From: an uncultured Eubacteriales bacterium
GTDB taxonomy: Bacteria > Bacillota > Sulfobacillia > Fermentithermobacillales > Fermentithermobacillaceae
Direction of reading: 5' to 3'
Assembly (NCBI GenBank): GCA_964406505.1
Contig: CAYORX010000003.1
Coordinates: 5,719-69,718 of the forward strand
DNA length: 64,000 nucleotides
The position numbers and the translations under genes were made by a program. This document shows positions 59,857-64,000 of this stretch, one piece after another (within the stretch, counting starts at the first letter, position 1; each line of letters begins with the position of its first letter). The notes below the pieces were generated by a model. The model did not search any database, was not told the origin of the DNA, and saw nothing but the letters and a program-made list of their open reading frames with translations.

Positions 59857-60990
59857 CTATTTGTTAGTATAGCCTTTCAAGGCGCTTCGGATGCCCTGTT
59901 CAAACTCGATTTTGCCGATTGTTCCTGATAAATAATCTTCTACAGTTTGGGTTATCGCAAGGCGAATTTTGTTTCTTTTTTCGTATTCTGTGTAGTTAAT
60001 AACTTGAGTATCTGTAGTATAAAATGAATTTATTAAGACTACACGTTCGTTTTGTTCAAGTCCACTTTCCAAATTGAATATCGATACATCTTTAGCACAA
60101 GCGGGTATACACCCTAAGACTTTGGCTGCCCATTTCCCTTTGGCACGGGCAAGTAGTTTTGCGAGCTCTATAGCAGGCTTTATTATTTCATTGTTTTGAG
60201 TTACAACTAGATAGGCGGGAACTGAAAAATAAAAATCCGGATTGCCTTGCGGATTATCTATGGGGAACATGTTCACTCGATTATTTAATTCTGATAATTT
60301 TAACCATTTGAAAAGTTGGGGAGTAACGGGGTACATCATGTTAATGTAGTTTTGAGTCCATAAGTCTAACGCAGACTCTTTATTAATACTAGAAATATCT
60401 TTTGCCCACTTTACATATTCAAATACATTTTCGACACATTCGTGGCTATTCCAATCGCCTATGGCAGAATACAAAAATCTTGGTGACCCCGTAAGACATC
60501 CGATGGCCTCTAAATCATTTTCTTTTAGGCCTTTTTTAGCTAAACAATGCCAATGGATATATGATGGAATACCCATCAATTTGTCTTCGTGAGTCCAATA
60601 GGCAATCGTGGGCTTTAGATAATCATCGCTTTTAACTGTTTCTGTTAGATTTTGAGTACCTACTCCTACAAAGGGCCACTCAGTTGAAAACACGACGAGT
60701 ACCGGCGGTATATGGCCTTCGTAGTTGTCTAAGAGCAAATTTTCTATTTCTTGCCTCGTTTTAAACTCAACCTCAACAGGAATCTCGTATGTTTCTATAA
60801 AAGATTCTACGATTCGAAAGAGGCTCTGTGAATATGGCTGAGCACCGACAAGCCGGGGTTCTTTTGCATCCCACACAGCTATTTCGATTACTTCTAGGGC
60901 TAAATCAGTGGGTGGCTCACTTGTTTGTCTACAGCAGCACAGCATCAGAATCGCTAGTAATATAATTGCCCTTACGAAGCACGTTCGCAA
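59857..60990 (-). CDS. Lipoprotein, possibly solute-binding-protein-like, function unknown
   Basis: Lipobox LMLCCC. ~350-aa mature domain. No adjacent ABC transporter genes. Confidence 0.5.
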   Translation of the reverse strand: MRTCFVRAIILLAILMLCCCRQTSEPPTDLALEVIEIAVWDAKEPRLVGAQPYSQSLFRIVESFIETYEIPVEVEFKTRQEIENLLLDNYEGHIPPVLVVFSTEWPFVGVGTQNLTETVKSDDYLKPTIAYWTHEDKLMGIPSYIHWHCLAKKGLKENDLEAIGCLTGSPRFLYSAIGDWNSHECVENVFEYVKWAKDISSINKESALDLWTQNYINMMYPVTPQLFKWLKLSELNNRVNMFPIDNPQGNPDFYFSVPAYLVVTQNNEIIKPAIELAKLLARAKGKWAAKVLGCIPACAKDVSIFNLESGLEQNERVVLINSFYTTDTQVINYTEYEKRNKIRLAITQTVEDYLSGTIGKIEFEQGIRSALKGYTNK

Positions 60991-61002
60991 TCTAGTACCT
61001 CC

Positions 61003-61956
61003 CTACCGTTCTTTGATGTGTAGAAGTACGAAAACATCTACTGTGGCACAGCCTTGTCTACCCAATCCAAAGACATCTCTTATTTCTTGAACTGAAAGTT
61101 GTGTTTTTTGTCCATATCTCCCATCACTTGGTCCAGCATCAAAACCTAGCTCCCGTACGGCTTCTTGAAGCCGTACTACTTCTGGTCCTATAGTTCCGGG
61201 GGTTAGAGGTTTTGTAAAATCAAGTAGGGGTCTATAACCGATGATTTTAACCCTCGTTCCAATAGATACAATTTCAAACAATTCTTCGATTTCTTCATTG
61301 AACATTCTTATGCAACCTTGGCTAGCATAAGACCCGATAGACCAAGGGCGATTGGTCCCATGAATTCCGTACCCTCCCCAAGGAATATCCAATGACATCC
61401 ATCTCGTTCCAAAAGCACCACCCGATTCAAACCCTTTATCGATGATTTTCCATTCACCAACTGGTGTTAAAGTGCTCCACTTCCCCACTGCAACAGGATA
61501 AGTTTTCCACGCTGTATCATTAACCCATACTGTTAGCTCTGCATTTTCTGTATTTATTTCCAGACGAACTTCTCCTTCTGGCAATTGTTTTGGAACGCTA
61601 TGATAAGGCTTTTCTATGCCCGCAGCAAGCGCTTTCCACGTAACTCTGTTAACTACCCCGGTAGGTTCTAAAAAATAGTTCTTTTGGAATGACTTTACGC
61701 TCTTTACGGTTTCGGCGTCGTAAATTTCATCTAAAGGCCCTGCATAAAATCCAAGTTCTCTAAGTCGAAGTTTAAGGTCATATACATCGTGTCTTTTTAA
61801 AGGAGGAGACGTGGGTAACAATGGTTCGTCAGTTTCATGAGGCTTCAGAGCTGCCGGCACTTCGGTTTTCATACCGGTTCCGAATATTAACAACATTATC
61901 AAAAGTAGCACCGTATAAATAAGTTTCGACATGTTTAAATGAGTTTTGCCGGACAA
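61003..61956 (-). CDS. L,D-transpeptidase (YkuD fold) flanked by two PG_binding_1 domains
   Basis: Catalytic HG...SQGCIRM motif. PGBD repeats (LRLRELGFYAGPLDEIYDAET, LQEAVRELGFDAGPSDGRYG). Signal peptide. Confidence 0.85.
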   Translation of the reverse strand: MSGKTHLNMSKLIYTVLLLIMLLIFGTGMKTEVPAALKPHETDEPLLPTSPPLKRHDVYDLKLRLRELGFYAGPLDEIYDAETVKSVKSFQKNYFLEPTGVVNRVTWKALAAGIEKPYHSVPKQLPEGEVRLEINTENAELTVWVNDTAWKTYPVAVGKWSTLTPVGEWKIIDKGFESGGAFGTRWMSLDIPWGGYGIHGTNRPWSIGSYASQGCIRMFNEEIEELFEIVSIGTRVKIIGYRPLLDFTKPLTPGTIGPEVVRLQEAVRELGFDAGPSDGRYGQKTQLSVQEIRDVFGLGRQGCATVDVFVLLHIKER

Positions 61957-62043
61957 ATCAAAACACTCCCTAATTTACTAGTAATTTCTCATCGTAAAAT
62001 ATGAGGAGTACCCTAATTTTATGAAAATTGTTGTAGTTGTGAG

Positions 62044-63744
62044 TTAATTTGGTTTAATTGGAAACCAAGTTTCAAAACGTTGTGCATTAATAATGCGATC
62101 CGGACTTAATCCTGCTCGTCTTGCACATGCAGCGATTCCAAATTGCATATCGTCCATACCGTTTATGCTGTGGGCATCCGAAGATATTGCAAAACGCACT
62201 CCAAACGAATTAGCTCGTAGGGCAAGTTCACTTGAAAGATCCAACCGATGGGGGGACGCATTTATCTCTAATGCCGTGTTATTAATGGAGGCGGTTTGAA
62301 ACAGTTCATCAAAATACTCTGAATTTCCTGCCCTACGACCGATAAGCCTTCCCGTGGGATGTCCGATAATATCAACAGTGGGATTGCTCGCGGCCTTGAT
62401 CAGTCTATCTGTGATGCTACGGGCAGTGCCCGACAGACCTTGATGAATCGAAGCTACAACAATGTCTAGTTTCGCAAGAATATTATCGGGAAGTGTAAGG
62501 CTTCCATCAGACAGGATATCAACTTCTACCCCCGATAAAATACGTATTTGAGGATATTTCTTTGATATATCGGCTATTTCTTTAATTTGTGCTTCAATTT
62601 TTCGAGGAGTTATCCCCTTAATTATTTTAATCTCTGTGGCATGGTCTGTGATCGCTATAAAAGAATAACCAAGTTCTATAGACCTTTTGACCATCTGTTC
62701 AATAGTTCCATGACCATCGGACCAAATAGTATGTATATGCAGATCACCTTTTATGTCAGATAGGTTCACAGGCTCAATATGCTGGTTCGCCAAAGATTTT
62801 TGCCAATAATGTTTGTTGTAACGTAATTCTGGTGGTATAAAACTAATACCGAGCATATCAAATATTTGTTTTTCTGTTGAACCAGAAATTGGAATATCAT
62901 ACCCGATAGAACGCGCTAAATTTTCGATCCATTTCGTAAAAGATATCGGACCTGTTAGCATAATTTGCTTCCAACCAAACTCATCATCTGGAGCGAGATG
63001 AATCTTTAGAGGAATACCGATATTCGACATATAAATAAATGCTTGTTGTTTTTCATTCCAGATTTCGCTTAACAAATCTTTAGACGAAAAATAACCAATT
63101 TTTTGCTTACTCATCTCCTTAACTAGCCAAGAACTATTTTCAGCCTTCAACAAAATATCCATCGAGCCCGTTGTCTCCAATGCCTGTCTGACCTCACCTA
63201 CGACAGTTCCATAAATACTTGCTTTCTTAAACTGGTTTAGATAATGTTTTACAGTAGGTAACGAAACCCCTAATGGGGTTCTCCCTAAATATTGACTTAT
63301 TTCTTCAATGCCACGAGCAATGCGTGCCTCTTTCTTCGCTCCAATGCCTGAAATTGTCCGTAGATGCTTCGCTTGTACAGCATTTTTAAGGGTGTTCAAG
63401 TCTATCACACCCAAAGTTTCATAGAGGGTTTTTGCAGTTTTTGGGCCAATTCCCGGAATCTTAAGCACCTGTAATAGTCCCAATGGAACTGCTTGGGCAA
63501 GATTATCGAAAACTTGAGATCTTCCCGTGGTAATTATTTGATAGATTTGAGCCGCAATAGCTTTCCCCACTCCCGGGATTCGCGTTAGCTGCTTTTTAGC
63601 CGCAAGTGATTCTAGGTTAAAGTTACTTCGTTCAACTAGTCGAGCCGCCCTTTCATATGCACGTATTCTATATGCACTTTCGCCTTTTAAAGTCATAAGC
63701 GAAGCAATAGCATTAAGCAAGTAAGCGATCTCAGGTTTTTGCAT
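62044..63744 (-). CDS. polX: DNA polymerase X with C-terminal PHP phosphoesterase domain
   Basis: HhH motifs (IPGVGKAIA, IPGIGPKTA) and PHP HIHT..DGH. pheT...polX-mutS2 synteny as in B. subtilis. Confidence 0.85.
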   Translation of the reverse strand: MQKPEIAYLLNAIASLMTLKGESAYRIRAYERAARLVERSNFNLESLAAKKQLTRIPGVGKAIAAQIYQIITTGRSQVFDNLAQAVPLGLLQVLKIPGIGPKTAKTLYETLGVIDLNTLKNAVQAKHLRTISGIGAKKEARIARGIEEISQYLGRTPLGVSLPTVKHYLNQFKKASIYGTVVGEVRQALETTGSMDILLKAENSSWLVKEMSKQKIGYFSSKDLLSEIWNEKQQAFIYMSNIGIPLKIHLAPDDEFGWKQIMLTGPISFTKWIENLARSIGYDIPISGSTEKQIFDMLGISFIPPELRYNKHYWQKSLANQHIEPVNLSDIKGDLHIHTIWSDGHGTIEQMVKRSIELGYSFIAITDHATEIKIIKGITPRKIEAQIKEIADISKKYPQIRILSGVEVDILSDGSLTLPDNILAKLDIVVASIHQGLSGTARSITDRLIKAASNPTVDIIGHPTGRLIGRRAGNSEYFDELFQTASINNTALEINASPHRLDLSSELALRANSFGVRFAISSDAHSINGMDDMQFGIAACARRAGLSPDRIINAQRFETWFPIKPN

Positions 63745-63746
63745 GA

Positions 63747-64000
63747 CTACGCTCTCAACACCGCACCATATTCGCGTTTTAATCTGTTCATAATCATATG
63801 TCTATCCTTAGATAACTCCTCTTCGGTTAATGTTTTATCATAAGGTTGATAGATTAGTTTCAAAGCCAAACTTTTGTGATTCGGAGGAACAGGCGCTTTT
63901 CTCCACACATCAAATAGGATAACCGAGGTAAGAAATTTACTCGTCTTTTGTATGCTTTCAATTACGTGCCCAGCGGCAACTTGCTCGGGTACAATAATGG
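63747..64000 (-). CDS. pheT: Phenylalanyl-tRNA synthetase beta subunit, C-terminal fragment (rest outside the window)
   Basis: Minus-strand translation FDVWRKAPVPPNHKSLALKLIYQPYDKTLTEEELSKDRHMIMNRLKREYGAVLRA*, typical of the PheT FDX-ACB domain. Confidence 0.75.
   Translation of the reverse strand, partial: IIVPEQVAAGHVIESIQKTSKFLTSVILFDVWRKAPVPPNHKSLALKLIYQPYDKTLTEEELSKDRHMIMNRLKREYGAVLRA

Overview
This is a 64-kb chromosomal segment from an endospore-forming Firmicute, with a Clostridia-like gene repertoire (RuvC is present) and roughly 40% GC. About 60 of the ~75 features listed below are on the minus strand, including every gene of the central division and cell-wall block. Nearly all of the window is core housekeeping, cell-division or sporulation content in recognisable Bacillus/Clostridium synteny.

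Left end: miaA C-terminus, hfq, a YHS/TRASH mini-protein, spoVK-like AAA ATPase, hflX (B. subtilis ynbA position), then lexA divergent from a LysM protein carrying Pro/His repeats. Next come an SH3b-NlpC/P60 lipoprotein and the pyrE-like, rluD, lspA, ylyA-like (DksA/TraR) run.

An inserted block follows: a small membrane protein coupled to a tandem Walker-A NTPase, a DUF1461-like membrane protein, an amidohydrolase and an Asp/Glu racemase.

The central 23 kb is one long minus-strand division and cell-wall (dcw) plus sporulation cluster: divIVA, ylmE(yggS), a HlyD-like protein, ylmC, spoIIR, sigG, sigE, spoIIGA, ftsZ, sbp, DUF881, divIB, murA, murC, murG, ftsW/spoVE, mraY, murF, murE, pbp(spoVD/ftsI), ftsL, rsmH, mraZ.

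Downstream: methylmalonyl-CoA epimerase, a methylmalonyl-CoA mutase catalytic subunit, a four-subunit 2-oxoacid:ferredoxin oxidoreductase and a GntR-like regulator. Then yajC, tgt, queA, a SpoIID-like protein, DUF2905, queH, ruvB, ruvA, ruvC, a bofC-like gene, yebC, nadE, a yunB-like gene, tyrS and a divergent class A PBP. The right end carries mutS2, a thioredoxin-like protein, DUF421, an orphan lipoprotein, an L,D-transpeptidase, polX and the pheT C-terminus.

No tRNA or rRNA genes, no CRISPR arrays and no obvious mobile elements were seen.

I found no unambiguous self-contained novel system. The best candidates for something undescribed are the following.
- The lexA-divergent LysM protein, which has two LysM domains, a Cys/His-rich N-terminal domain and Pro/His repeats.
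- The translationally coupled tandem P-loop NTPase and small membrane protein pair.
- The orphan HlyD-like membrane protein inside the sporulation and division cluster.
- spoIIR placed inside the sigG transcription unit.
- The mutase/2-oxoacid-oxidoreductase operon with no B12-binding subunit gene in the window.

All functional calls come from motif recognition by eye. None has been checked by database search.
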